From positions 110,165-145,135 of the forward strand of contig JBBDRK010000029.1 in NCBI GenBank assembly GCA_040905465.1: a DNA stretch of 34,971 nucleotides, written 5' to 3'. This document shows, piece after piece, positions 1-9,099 of the stretch. The position numbers and the translations under genes were made by a program. Numbering within the stretch: the stretch's first letter is position 1; each line of letters starts with the position of its first letter. The notes beneath the pieces were generated by a model that searched no databases, was not told the DNA's origin, and was given only the letters and a program-made list of their open reading frames with translations. This DNA comes from Trueperaceae bacterium (GTDB lineage: Bacteria; Deinococcota; Deinococci; Deinococcales; Trueperaceae).

Positions 1-97
1 GCAGTTTGGCGCTTTCAATCTGTCGGTTGCCATCGGTCATAGCTATCAGACTCTACCCCGACAACTGTAAGGCGCTCGCGGACCGAGCCTCGACTCA

Positions 98-142
98 GCC
101 GTCACAGATTGCGCTGTAAAAGATTGCGCCGTCACAGATTGC
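98..142. repeat. Three tandem 15-bp units GCCGTCACAGATTGC / GCTGTAAAAGATTGC / GCCGTCACAGATTGC
   Basis: Read directly at 98-112, 113-127 and 128-142, upstream of the first lipoprotein gene. Confidence 0.9.
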
Positions 143-273
143 GGGCGCTGGCCACAGCGGGCAATTACCCGCATAGCCGCCTACGCGGCGAGGATCGCAT
201 AGGCGCCCACGCAGCGGCGACGCAGTGTCGGCGGTAACTGACGGAGGCGGGCGGCACGGCTAACGTCGCTAAA

Positions 274-1698
274 GTGCCTGGATCATTCCGAAATACTTTC
301 TTGGGCGTCGCCCGTCGTCTCCGGCTCCGGCTCCGGCCTATTCTGCTGGCGGCTTCGCTGGCTACGACTGCCGTTATGCTCGGCGCCTGCTACCCGAGCC
401 CGGGGGTAGACCAGGAGGGCGGCCAACTGCCCGCCCCCTTCCCTGCCCCCACGTCTCTTGCCGTGACGTCGCCTTCACACGCGCCCAAGCCGGCCATCAT
501 CGGCGGCCGCTCCTCGGTCCTCCAGGGGGATCCGGACTTCGACCCCGACTCCTTGGCGCCGGATGTTCGCCGCTGGTACGACGAGTTGTGGGCATCGTTG
601 GAACTGCCGGAGCAGCGACGGTATATCGCCCGTCTTGCCGCCAGCGACAACCTCTACGAGTACAGCCGCCTGGTCCACACCTATGTCGTCAGCCTGCTGA
701 CGGGGCTGCGGGCGACCGGAGACCTGCGCCTGCTCGACGAAGCCGACCAGATCTCGGAGCTCATGCGGGCCCAACTGGCCGACTCCTGGCGCGGCACCGG
801 CAACCGCGAATCGAACCGCGACGGCTACCTCAACTGGGTCTGGCGAAACGACACCTCGGAAGAGCACCTGGGCAAGGACCTGCACCAGACCGACGAGATG
901 GGCACGCACTCGCTGGTGGCGGAGCTGGCATGGGCCTACGCGAGCAACAAGGATCACCCCAGCCCGGCAGGCGTGGACTACGGCGAGCGGGCGGACTTCT
1001 GGCTCGACTACCTGCAGAACCATTTCGAGGCCAAGTGGCGGGAACGCAACCAGGTCCGCTGGCCCAGGTTCCCGTTCATCAACCGCCCGCACATGCACGA
1101 GACCGTGAGCTTCATCAAGTACCACTACTACATGTACCGGCTGACCGCCCGCGAGCAGTACCTGAGCGAAGCGAAGCGGTTGAGCGACCTCGTCTATGAG
1201 GAGTTCAGGCAGGTCCAGACCGACGCTGGCCCCGCCTTCGTCTGGCCGCGCAGCATCGTGTCGGAAGGGGGTAGCGAACGCTACCTCATGCCCACCACCT
1301 ACAGCAGCCTGGTGCTGCTCGATTCGCTGGACCTGCACCTGGAGGGCTTCTACGGCTGGGCCGACGGGAGCGTGCCGGAGCGGTTCGCGAACACCGTCTC
1401 GCAGTTCATCATCGACAACGGCTCCTCGGACTTCGCTCGCGATGTCGGCGGCGGCCAGACGCGCGCCGGCCTGGCGGCCTCGTCGGCCCGCGATTGGGAA
1501 AGGTTGACGGCGCCGCAGTTCGCCATCAAGCCGTTCGCGCTGCTTTCCGCCTGGGACGACAGCGGGACGATCGGATCGGTGGCGCGCGAGGTGTATGCCG
1601 ACCTGCCCACTGAGCACCTCTACCTTCACATTCCGGTCGGCATGATGATCGAGGCGATGAAGGAGACGGTGGTAGCCCAGGATGAACCGGCGGAGTGA
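274..1698 (+). CDS. Lipoprotein of unknown function, paralogue of 6785..8569; predicted helical (alpha/alpha)-barrel-like domain
   Basis: Arg-rich N-terminus, hydrophobic stretch and lipobox MLGAC, then a Pro-rich linker. Extensive similarity to the 6785..8569 protein. TAACGT lies 7 nt before the GTG (leaderless). Confidence 0.85.
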   Translation: MPGSFRNTFLGVARRLRLRLRPILLAASLATTAVMLGACYPSPGVDQEGGQLPAPFPAPTSLAVTSPSHAPKPAIIGGRSSVLQGDPDFDPDSLAPDVRRWYDELWASLELPEQRRYIARLAASDNLYEYSRLVHTYVVSLLTGLRATGDLRLLDEADQISELMRAQLADSWRGTGNRESNRDGYLNWVWRNDTSEEHLGKDLHQTDEMGTHSLVAELAWAYASNKDHPSPAGVDYGERADFWLDYLQNHFEAKWRERNQVRWPRFPFINRPHMHETVSFIKYHYYMYRLTAREQYLSEAKRLSDLVYEEFRQVQTDAGPAFVWPRSIVSEGGSERYLMPTTYSSLVLLDSLDLHLEGFYGWADGSVPERFANTVSQFIIDNGSSDFARDVGGGQTRAGLAASSARDWERLTAPQFAIKPFALLSAWDDSGTIGSVAREVYADLPTEHLYLHIPVGMMIEAMKETVVAQDEPAE

Positions 1699-1752
1699 GA
1701 GGTCATCCGGCTGTGTCTCTGGTCGTGCCGCCGCCGGTTATGCCGCGGCCGG

Positions 1753-2994
1753 CTATGCCGCCGGCTCTGCGCCCGGCTCTGCACCCGACTTTGCGGTCGA
1801 CGCGCTCGACCTTGCCGTAGACGGCACGGCCGACCTTATGCCGAGCACGAGCGGTCGCTGATTGGCGATCAGCGCCAGCAGGAACCAGGTGAACTTGTCG
1901 GTGTCGGCGTTCGAAGGCATCATGGCAACGATCAGGGCGGTGGCGAGGATCACCAGGAACGGCCGTTCGGCCGCTTCGGCACCCAGCGCGGTGATGAACG
2001 CGACCGCGAAGAGCGCCACGAAGAGCGCCAACCCGGCGATCCCGCCACCTACCGCAATCGACAGGAAGGCGTTGTGCGCATCCTTGTAACGCCCCAGGAG
2101 AGGCTCGACGGCATAGGCGAAGGTGCCGAGGCCGGTGCCGAAGAAGGGTGAGGAGAGGAAGAGGTCCTGGCCGTTGCTCCAGATGGCGGTTCGCCCGGTG
2201 AGATCGCCCCGAGCCAGCTCTTCGGACGTCGAGGAGAGGCGTTCGATGTTGGCACTCAACTCCGGATAGAGCTGTGGGGCTTGCACGAAGCCGATCCAGA
2301 TAGTGGCGGTGATCAGCCCGAACAGCAGCAGTTGCCGCACCGGATCGAGCCGGAACAGGCTGAGGGGAATTATCGCCAGCGCCACCAGCGCCGTCACCAG
2401 ACCGCCTCGTGAAGCAGACAGGACGATGCCGAGCACCGCGACTGCCGGGTAGGCCATGTTCAACCACGTCAGCCAGCGGGAAGTGCTCCGCAGGCTGAGG
2501 TACCAGGCCAGCGGGATCGCCAGAGCGGAGACGATGGCGAACTCGTTGGGGTTGAAGCTTCCCACGTTCCGGAAAGTGGGTTCGCTGGCCCGCAGGAACA
2601 CGGTGAAAGCCACCGCGATGGTGACGTAGCTTCCCAGCACGAAGGCCTGCATCAGCAGCGCGCTGTCGGACTTCGACCGGCAGAACTGCCAGACCAGCCA
2701 CACCAGCACGAACAACTGAGCCACCGTTACCGAGCTGCTGAGCGTGTCGCCGGGGCGCACGCTCCAGAAGTAGCTCGAGATGCCGTAGAGCGTGAACAGC
2801 AGCGCCAGGATCACGAACAGCGACGGGGTCCTGATGTTCAGGCGGCCTCTTCCCACCAGGGCCGCCATCCCGGCACCGAAGGAGACGATTCCCAGCACGC
2901 GGCTCATGCTGCCGATCCCGGGTATCGTCACCCCGTTTTCGAACGGGATGCTGAAGACCAGGAGCGCCAGCAGCCACAGCGTCAACCGTTGCAA
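1753..2994 (-). CDS. O-antigen ligase / Wzy_C family polytopic membrane protein
   Basis: Many TM segments; motifs NPNEFA, LSASRGG, LTGRTAIW, FGTGLG, AHNAFL. Confidence 0.9.
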   Translation of the reverse strand: MQRLTLWLLALLVFSIPFENGVTIPGIGSMSRVLGIVSFGAGMAALVGRGRLNIRTPSLFVILALLFTLYGISSYFWSVRPGDTLSSSVTVAQLFVLVWLVWQFCRSKSDSALLMQAFVLGSYVTIAVAFTVFLRASEPTFRNVGSFNPNEFAIVSALAIPLAWYLSLRSTSRWLTWLNMAYPAVAVLGIVLSASRGGLVTALVALAIIPLSLFRLDPVRQLLLFGLITATIWIGFVQAPQLYPELSANIERLSSTSEELARGDLTGRTAIWSNGQDLFLSSPFFGTGLGTFAYAVEPLLGRYKDAHNAFLSIAVGGGIAGLALFVALFAVAFITALGAEAAERPFLVILATALIVAMMPSNADTDKFTWFLLALIANQRPLVLGIRSAVPSTARSSASTAKSGAEPGAEPAA

Positions 2995-3064
2995 CTGACC
3001 ACCGTCCGAATCGGCGCCGTCCTCGCGGACCCGCCCTGGCCGGCTGCTTCACGCACCGCTGTTT

Positions 3065-4081
3065 TCACGCCATCTCCCGCGACTGGGACGACAACGCTCG
3101 GTAGCGTCCCTTGAGGCTCAGCAGCCACCGGTAGATGTCGTACCCCGGACGATTGGCGAGGAGGCCCCAGCCGAGCGCGGAGAGGTTGAAGGGCCAGATG
3201 AGCCACGCCCGCCGGAAGTGCTCACGCGCCTCGGACAGCCGCCGCTCGGCAAGCAGCAGCACGCCGAGTTGCAGCAGACGCTGACTGTGCGAACCGGGGT
3301 TGCGCTCGAGCTCCGCGCGATGCTTGCGCAGGAAAAGACTGTGCGCTTCGATCGAGCCGCGACGATTCTTGCCTATGGCGTCGCCGGCGTGCCGGTACCA
3401 GGTGACCAGAGGCTCCGCAACGAATGCGAACCGATAACTCCGGGCAAGGCGAACGTAGAGGTCGACATCCTGCCTCGAGCGAAGCTCGGTGTCGAACATC
3501 CCGACGTCGAGAAGCGCCTGCCGGCGACAGAGCACTGCCGAGGTGGTGCCGACTCCGTTCGTCTTGAGCAGGGCGGCGTGGCTGTGCCGGCGAGGGCTCG
3601 GCAACACGACGCTGCTTCGGCCGTTGGCGACGTTGACCTTTCGGTAGCCGCAGTAGACCAGGGCGACGTCTCCGGGAGCGCTGCCGAAGACGTCGATCTG
3701 CCGTTCCAGCTTGACCGGCGCCCATTCGTCGTCGTCGTCCAGAAATGCGACGTACTCTCCGGTCGATTGACGGATGCCGGTGTTGCGCGCCGCGGCTCCT
3801 CCTGAGTTCCGTTCGTGTTTCAGGTAGACGATCCGCGGATCGCCTGCAAGGCGTTTCATGTACTCTTCGGTCTGACGCCGGTGCTCGCTGGCCGGATCGT
3901 TGTCGTCGACGACAAGCAGCTCCCAATTACGGTAGGTCTGCGCGAGGATCGTCTCCACGGCACGCTCCAGCATTTCGCGGCGGCGAAAGGTGGGCAGCAC
4001 GATCCCGACCCTGGGTTCGGCCGTCCGACCATCGAAGCCGGCCCTGTCCCGTTCTTCGCCCGCCGGGCCGCGTCCGCTCAC
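3065..4081 (-). CDS. Glycosyltransferase family 2 (GT-A fold)
   Basis: IVLPTFRR, ELLVVDD, GGAAARNTG, YVAFLDDDD, QDVDLYVRL; start overlaps the stop of the upstream gene (GTGA). Confidence 0.93.
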   Translation of the reverse strand: MSGRGPAGEERDRAGFDGRTAEPRVGIVLPTFRRREMLERAVETILAQTYRNWELLVVDDNDPASEHRRQTEEYMKRLAGDPRIVYLKHERNSGGAAARNTGIRQSTGEYVAFLDDDDEWAPVKLERQIDVFGSAPGDVALVYCGYRKVNVANGRSSVVLPSPRRHSHAALLKTNGVGTTSAVLCRRQALLDVGMFDTELRSRQDVDLYVRLARSYRFAFVAEPLVTWYRHAGDAIGKNRRGSIEAHSLFLRKHRAELERNPGSHSQRLLQLGVLLLAERRLSEAREHFRRAWLIWPFNLSALGWGLLANRPGYDIYRWLLSLKGRYRALSSQSREMA

Positions 4082-5454
4082 CGTTCTGCCGGACTGGCGC
4101 CGACCGCGACGCCGTGGGTAGCACCGTTCTTGCCGCCCAGGGCGAGGCCCTGTCCGACCGCGTGTTCGACCCCGCCCTCAGCGCTGCGCTCGAAGCCGGC
4201 GCCGAGGTCCGGCAGATAGAACAGGTAGAGCGCGCCCGAGATCTCGGCCAGGTCGCTGTCGCCGGTCGCCCCCGCCAGGACCAGGCCCCCTTTCACCGCC
4301 ACCGCCGCGCCGAACGCGTCCGTCGACCGCAGGCCGGACACCACCAGCCCCGCTCGGTGTTGCCAACTTTCATCCGTTCTCTCGTATACGTGTACCGAGC
4401 CCACGCTGCCGTCTTCTTCAGGGGAACTTCCCGGGGCTCCAACCGCCAGCACGTTCCCGTCCAGCGCCAGCGCCGAACCGAAGTGGCCCGGGCCAGGGTC
4501 GGTCGAGAAGAGCCGGTCCTCCTGGCGCCAGTCCGTACCATCCCAGCGGTAAGCAAAGACGCTGGGCGCCGATTGGACGGCGGGCGCTCCCACGAGCAAC
4601 GAGTCCCCATCCAACGCCAGGGCGCTTGCGAACATCAGCCCCGCCTCGGGCGCCGTCAGCGTCTGTTCCGGCTGCCAGCCGCTTTCGCTCCGGCGAAACA
4701 GGCGTACCTCGCCTCGTCCGCCTTCGGCATCGCTGGGGCTTGCTACGGCCAATCGGTCGCCGTCGATAGCAACGGCGGAACCGAAGCCGGGCGAACCGCC
4801 GGCGCCGGCGGCCAGTTTCGCTTCCAGCTCCCAGCCGGTTTCGCTCGACGAGTAAACGTACACGGCTTGGGCTTCGGCGCCAGGCGCTCCGACCGCCAAC
4901 CTGCCGCCGTCGATAGCGAGGCTGGTCCCGAAGCGCTCGGCGCTGCCCGGTTCCTCCGGCGTGAGGGTTGCTGTCGGTTGCCAGCCGCCGTCGCCCGGCT
5001 CGAAGACGAAGACCGTACCGGTGCGAGCTCCGCCACCGCCTTCCAGTGGAGCCGAAGCCACCACTCGGCTGCCGCCGCTGGCTACCGCGTGTCCGAACGA
5101 AGCGTCGGCGGCTTCGGCGGGCGAAATCGAAACGGAGTCGCCCCAATCGCCGCCCTCGCGCGGGAAGAGGCGTACCACGCCGCCTTGCGAGCCGGGCGCG
5201 GCACTGCCGAATCCGCCGGCCACGATGAAGTTGGCGCCGATCGCCACCGTCTGGCCCAGGCGTTCATAGGGCGCCGGTGTCGTTGCCTTCAGCTTGTCGA
5301 CCCGGGCAGCCGGGTGCTCGCTCAAACCCAGGGCATTCTCGCCGAGCGTTGCGCCGCAGGCGGTGAGCGCGATCAGCAAACAGGTCGCCGCGCCCACCAG
5401 GGTGAACCGCAGCGGATAGTCGCGTGCTCGTTTTTCGGTTCTCTGCTGCCCCAT
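4078..5454 (-). CDS. FG-GAP repeat (integrin-alpha-like beta-propeller) lipoprotein
   Basis: Lipobox ALTAC. Repeated FG-x-S/A-x-A-x-DG-x-L-x-VGAP motifs (FGHAVA, FGTSLAIDGGRLAVGAPG, FGSAVAIDGD, FGSALALDGNVLAVGAPG, FGAAVAV). Confidence 0.9.
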   Translation of the reverse strand: MGQQRTEKRARDYPLRFTLVGAATCLLIALTACGATLGENALGLSEHPAARVDKLKATTPAPYERLGQTVAIGANFIVAGGFGSAAPGSQGGVVRLFPREGGDWGDSVSISPAEAADASFGHAVASGGSRVVASAPLEGGGGARTGTVFVFEPGDGGWQPTATLTPEEPGSAERFGTSLAIDGGRLAVGAPGAEAQAVYVYSSSETGWELEAKLAAGAGGSPGFGSAVAIDGDRLAVASPSDAEGGRGEVRLFRRSESGWQPEQTLTAPEAGLMFASALALDGDSLLVGAPAVQSAPSVFAYRWDGTDWRQEDRLFSTDPGPGHFGSALALDGNVLAVGAPGSSPEEDGSVGSVHVYERTDESWQHRAGLVVSGLRSTDAFGAAVAVKGGLVLAGATGDSDLAEISGALYLFYLPDLGAGFERSAEGGVEHAVGQGLALGGKNGATHGVAVGASPAER

Positions 5455-5730
5455 ACTCCCCCACCGATTCCCGCACCAATTCCGTCAGCGAGGCCGTGTC
5501 CGCCGTTCGACTGGCGAACCGCGGACCAAGGTCGCTCAGACAGTGATAACCCCTGCGGTCTGCTTCCCTCCTGTTAGCTGTCACAGTCGTGCAGGGGCCG
5601 CCGGTTGCCGAGCCGCTCTCAATTGCGCCCTGGGCTAGTTACTGGACCCACCTCGCACGCTTACCTTGTCCCAACGCCGCGAAGCTGGCTCGCGGAGGGG
5701 CGACGGCAAATATGCAGGAGCGGGGGGCAG

Positions 5731-6792
5731 ATGAAGGATCTACTCGTAAACGGCGTACTCAAGCGGAGCCTCAACCGGCATCGTCCAGGCCGCGATCCGA
5801 ACGTCTTTCTGTTCGGCACGCCCCGGGGCGGCACTACCTGGCTCATGGAGATGATCTGGAGCCAGCCCGGTTTCAAGAGCTGCAACGAGCCACTGGACCT
5901 CCGCAACCCGCTCGTTCGCAAGCATCTCGGAATCAGCGAGTGGCGCCGGCTGTACGACCGGACGGTCGACCGGCAACTGGAGTCCTACCTGGGCCGGCTC
6001 GAGCGGGGCGAGCTGTACATCGTCGATCCGCTGCCGGGCCGGGGGAGATACCACCGGTTCTTCTCGCATCGCACCGTCTTCAAGATCATTCACGGCGCAG
6101 AAGACAGGATCGAGTTCCTGGCCAACCGTTTTCACGGCCGAGCCTTGCTGCTCGTGCGCCATCCGATTCCCGTTAGCCTCTCACGCCAAACGCTTCCGCG
6201 GCTCGAGGCTATGGTGGAAGGAGATTACCGCCGACACTTCACCGCCGACGAACTGGTTGCGGCCCGCCGAGTCATCGAACGTGGCCTGCCGCTTGAGAAG
6301 GCGGTGCTCGACTGGTGCCTGCAGACGGCGGTCCCACTGCGCCAGTTGCGGAGAGACTGGCTGGTGGTGAGCTACGAACAGCTCGTCCTCGAACCCGAGG
6401 CCGTGATACCGGTCCTGGCGCGCGAACTGGGTCTTCCTTCCCCGGAGCGGATGATGCGCCACGTCGCGCTGGCGTCGCAGAGCAGCAACCAGTCAGACGC
6501 CGAGGCCCGCAGGTTATTGGGGATGGCCGGTCGGCAGGAAGCGTCCCGGCGGCTCCTCGACAGGTGGCGTAGCAAGGTGAGCGTCGACGAAGAGAAGCGA
6601 GCCATGGGCCTCCTGGAACGCTTCGGAATCGACGTCTACACCGCGGGTGAGAACCTGCCGAGGCGATTCTGGTTGGGTGCCCGTGAGGACGATCGGAAGG
6701 TCGACTACGAAAGCGAGGGAGGGGCCCGGTTGGACCCCTCCCTCGACCCCTCCCTCGACCACGCCGTCGTGGGCGGTCGTCAGGTTACTTGA
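5731..6792 (+). CDS. PAPS-dependent sulfotransferase
   Basis: 5'-PSB loop FGTPRGGTTWL, 3'-PB motif LVRHP, VSYEQLV. Start moved to ATG 5731, behind a purine-rich AGGAG/GGGG leader. Confidence 0.88.
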   Translation: MKDLLVNGVLKRSLNRHRPGRDPNVFLFGTPRGGTTWLMEMIWSQPGFKSCNEPLDLRNPLVRKHLGISEWRRLYDRTVDRQLESYLGRLERGELYIVDPLPGRGRYHRFFSHRTVFKIIHGAEDRIEFLANRFHGRALLLVRHPIPVSLSRQTLPRLEAMVEGDYRRHFTADELVAARRVIERGLPLEKAVLDWCLQTAVPLRQLRRDWLVVSYEQLVLEPEAVIPVLARELGLPSPERMMRHVALASQSSNQSDAEARRLLGMAGRQEASRRLLDRWRSKVSVDEEKRAMGLLERFGIDVYTAGENLPRRFWLGAREDDRKVDYESEGGARLDPSLDPSLDHAVVGGRQVT

Positions 6793-8569
6793 ACGAGACC
6801 GCGAACAGCATGCTGGCTGGTATGTAGGTCGTCCGCGGGACGTTGATATCCCTCTCCCAGGCCTTGTAGAGCTGCTCGGAGATTCGTAGGATCTTGTCGT
6901 CGCTCTGCCAGGCGGCCAGTTGCGCAAACGCGCTTATGTTCGCCTGTCCCAGTGTCGGCCGGTCACGGTAGGTGGTGGGCTTGATGCCGCCCGCGCTGCC
7001 GCTCCCGGTCACACCGGCGGCCAGGGGCGCCGAGTTGCCGCTCACCGGATCGGTGTCCATCACGAAGTGGGCGATGCCGTTGCCGAGCTTCTCCATGATG
7101 TCGGTGTCTCCCCAGCGGTAGAACCCTTCCATGTGGAGTTCCACTGCGGCCTCCACCAGTAGCTTGGTGTAGGTGGTCGGGCAGGACTGCTCCTTGGGGC
7201 TGCCGGTTCCGTAGGGGCTGCCGAAGGCGTAGACGACCGCCGGACCGCGGGAGGTGCTGACGTCGACGAATCCGCCCGCCTGCTTGCCGGCAATGTGCGG
7301 CTCGTCGAACATCTGATCGGTCATCTTGCGGGCCTGCGCCAGGTAGGCATCCGCGTCGGGATCGCCCTGGTCGGCGAGCATGGTGCCGACGTAGTAGTGA
7401 TAGAGCGTGAACTGGTTGTGGGTGTGACAGAACTTGGTGTTGATGAAATCCATCCGGGGCCAGGCCTTGCCCGAGCGTTCCCGCCACTTCGCTTCGAAGT
7501 GCTCGCGGAGGTAGTTCATCCAGAAGTCGGCTCGTTCGCCGTAGTCGACGCCGCTGGGGCTCGGTACGTTGCGGTTGACGTGGTAGGCGTACATCACCGA
7601 CGCGAGATGACCATGCATCACGGTTTCTTCCAGGTCGCTGACATCACGGCAGTAGTGGTCCGGTGATGTGATCTTGCGGCGGAAGTTCAGGTATCCGTCT
7701 TTTTCATAGACCCTGCTGCCGTAGTACAGGTCGTAGCTGCTGGCCACGCCGCCGCACCAGCCGTCGCGAAGGCGGTCGCGCATGCCTTGGGCGACGCGGT
7801 CGACCTCGTCGAGGAAGCGCAGGTCGCCGGTAACGCGCAGGGCGCCGAGCAAGCCGTGGTTGTACTGGTTCAGGAGACGGGCGTACTCGTACTCGTCGTC
7901 GCTCGCGATCAGGGTGTCGATGTCGGGCACCTGATTCGGATTGCGAACCCCTGCCCACAGGCGTTCGTACCAGAGTCGTTGCGCGCTGCTGAGGCTGGAG
8001 ACGTCGAAGTTCGGATCGCCTACCAGGCTGAAGCCGTTGCGAACGGCGTTCGAACCGGCACCGCTGCCATCGGATCCACCTGTCGAACCGTCACTGATGT
8101 CGGCGTCGGGATCGACCTCGAGCACGACGTCGAGGCTCACGCCGGCAGCCTCATCGTCCTCGGCGGCTCCGTCGGACGTTATCTCCACCAGCTTCTCGAC
8201 GGTGTAGTAGCCGGCCTTCATCACCAGGACCTTGTAGCGTCCCGGCTTCAGGTCGTAGCGCAGCTCGCCGGAGCCGTCGGCGGCCGCGGTGCCGCGCGGC
8301 GGGACGCCCGTGGTCTCGAAACCCTCTTCGACCACCACCACCTCGGCATCGGACGGGCTGACGCTGAGAAGGAAGTTACCATCGTGCGTGGGCTGAATGC
8401 CTATCGGCAACGGCCGCGTTCCACAGCCGGCGAGCACCAGCGCCAGAAGCCCGACGAGAAGCGCCGGAAGTACTGACTTGAGACTGGTTCGCTTGCTGCT
8501 ATCGGGGGCGTCGACGCTCGAGTCGACACACGGGTAGTTCTCGGGGGCATTCAACAAGCTTTTCGCCAC
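6785..8569 (-). CDS. Lipoprotein with an N-terminal PEGA/carboxypeptidase-regulatory-like beta domain, Gly/Ser linker and the unknown helical domain shared with 274..1698
   Basis: Lipobox VLAGC; LKPGRYKVLVMKAGY PEGA-like strand; GSTGGSDGSGAGS linker. AGGAG precedes GTG 8569 (the ORF is open to 8599). Confidence 0.85.
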   Translation of the reverse strand: MAKSLLNAPENYPCVDSSVDAPDSSKRTSLKSVLPALLVGLLALVLAGCGTRPLPIGIQPTHDGNFLLSVSPSDAEVVVVEEGFETTGVPPRGTAAADGSGELRYDLKPGRYKVLVMKAGYYTVEKLVEITSDGAAEDDEAAGVSLDVVLEVDPDADISDGSTGGSDGSGAGSNAVRNGFSLVGDPNFDVSSLSSAQRLWYERLWAGVRNPNQVPDIDTLIASDDEYEYARLLNQYNHGLLGALRVTGDLRFLDEVDRVAQGMRDRLRDGWCGGVASSYDLYYGSRVYEKDGYLNFRRKITSPDHYCRDVSDLEETVMHGHLASVMYAYHVNRNVPSPSGVDYGERADFWMNYLREHFEAKWRERSGKAWPRMDFINTKFCHTHNQFTLYHYYVGTMLADQGDPDADAYLAQARKMTDQMFDEPHIAGKQAGGFVDVSTSRGPAVVYAFGSPYGTGSPKEQSCPTTYTKLLVEAAVELHMEGFYRWGDTDIMEKLGNGIAHFVMDTDPVSGNSAPLAAGVTGSGSAGGIKPTTYRDRPTLGQANISAFAQLAAWQSDDKILRISEQLYKAWERDINVPRTTYIPASMLFAVSFK

Positions 8570-9099
8570 GGTGGGGGCTCCTACTCTCTCTGCTGCCACG
8601 GCCTTTGACGGGACTCGGGCAGCACTTGCTGGAATTCGAGGGAGAGAGTAAGGAGACGGAGATGTTCGCGACTCCCTCGGCCGGTTGCGCCACTGGCTCG
8701 ATCCGACTCAGGCGCCCATGTTTTGGAGCCGGACTTCATAGCCTCCGAGGGGTCAAGACATTTCCCCTCCGACGAACAGCAAGGTAGCCCCGCCGATTCT
8801 TAGAACAATTAGTCGCGGATTCACGCTGTGGTCGATGGTCGCGGCGGTTCTTGCGCCTACCACGCGCCAAAGCCTCCTCGGCACGCTCACGGGAAACGTG
8901 TGAGGGCTCACGAATGTGAAAAACCCGTGTTTAGTGGCTCGTAGATGGTCGGCGAGCGTCAACGCTCGCCTCGGGCGCTCCTCGTGACTCTGTCACAGGA
9001 GCGCCCGATTCTCGACGCTATTGTGGCCCGAAGGTTCTCAACACTTCCACCACGAGGCAGCGGGCTCCGAGAGAACCGGGCACCGAGAACGAGGTATCG

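Noticed and set aside
98-142. CRISPR array (also considered for 34151-34211 and 31471-31504)
   Set aside because: Units are 9-20 bp and head-to-tail without unique spacers of about 30 nt; no cas genes
8898-8998. CRP/FNR sites before the CDP-sugar operon
   Set aside because: TGTGA/TCACA-like half-sites are spaced by 4 or 5 nt rather than 6
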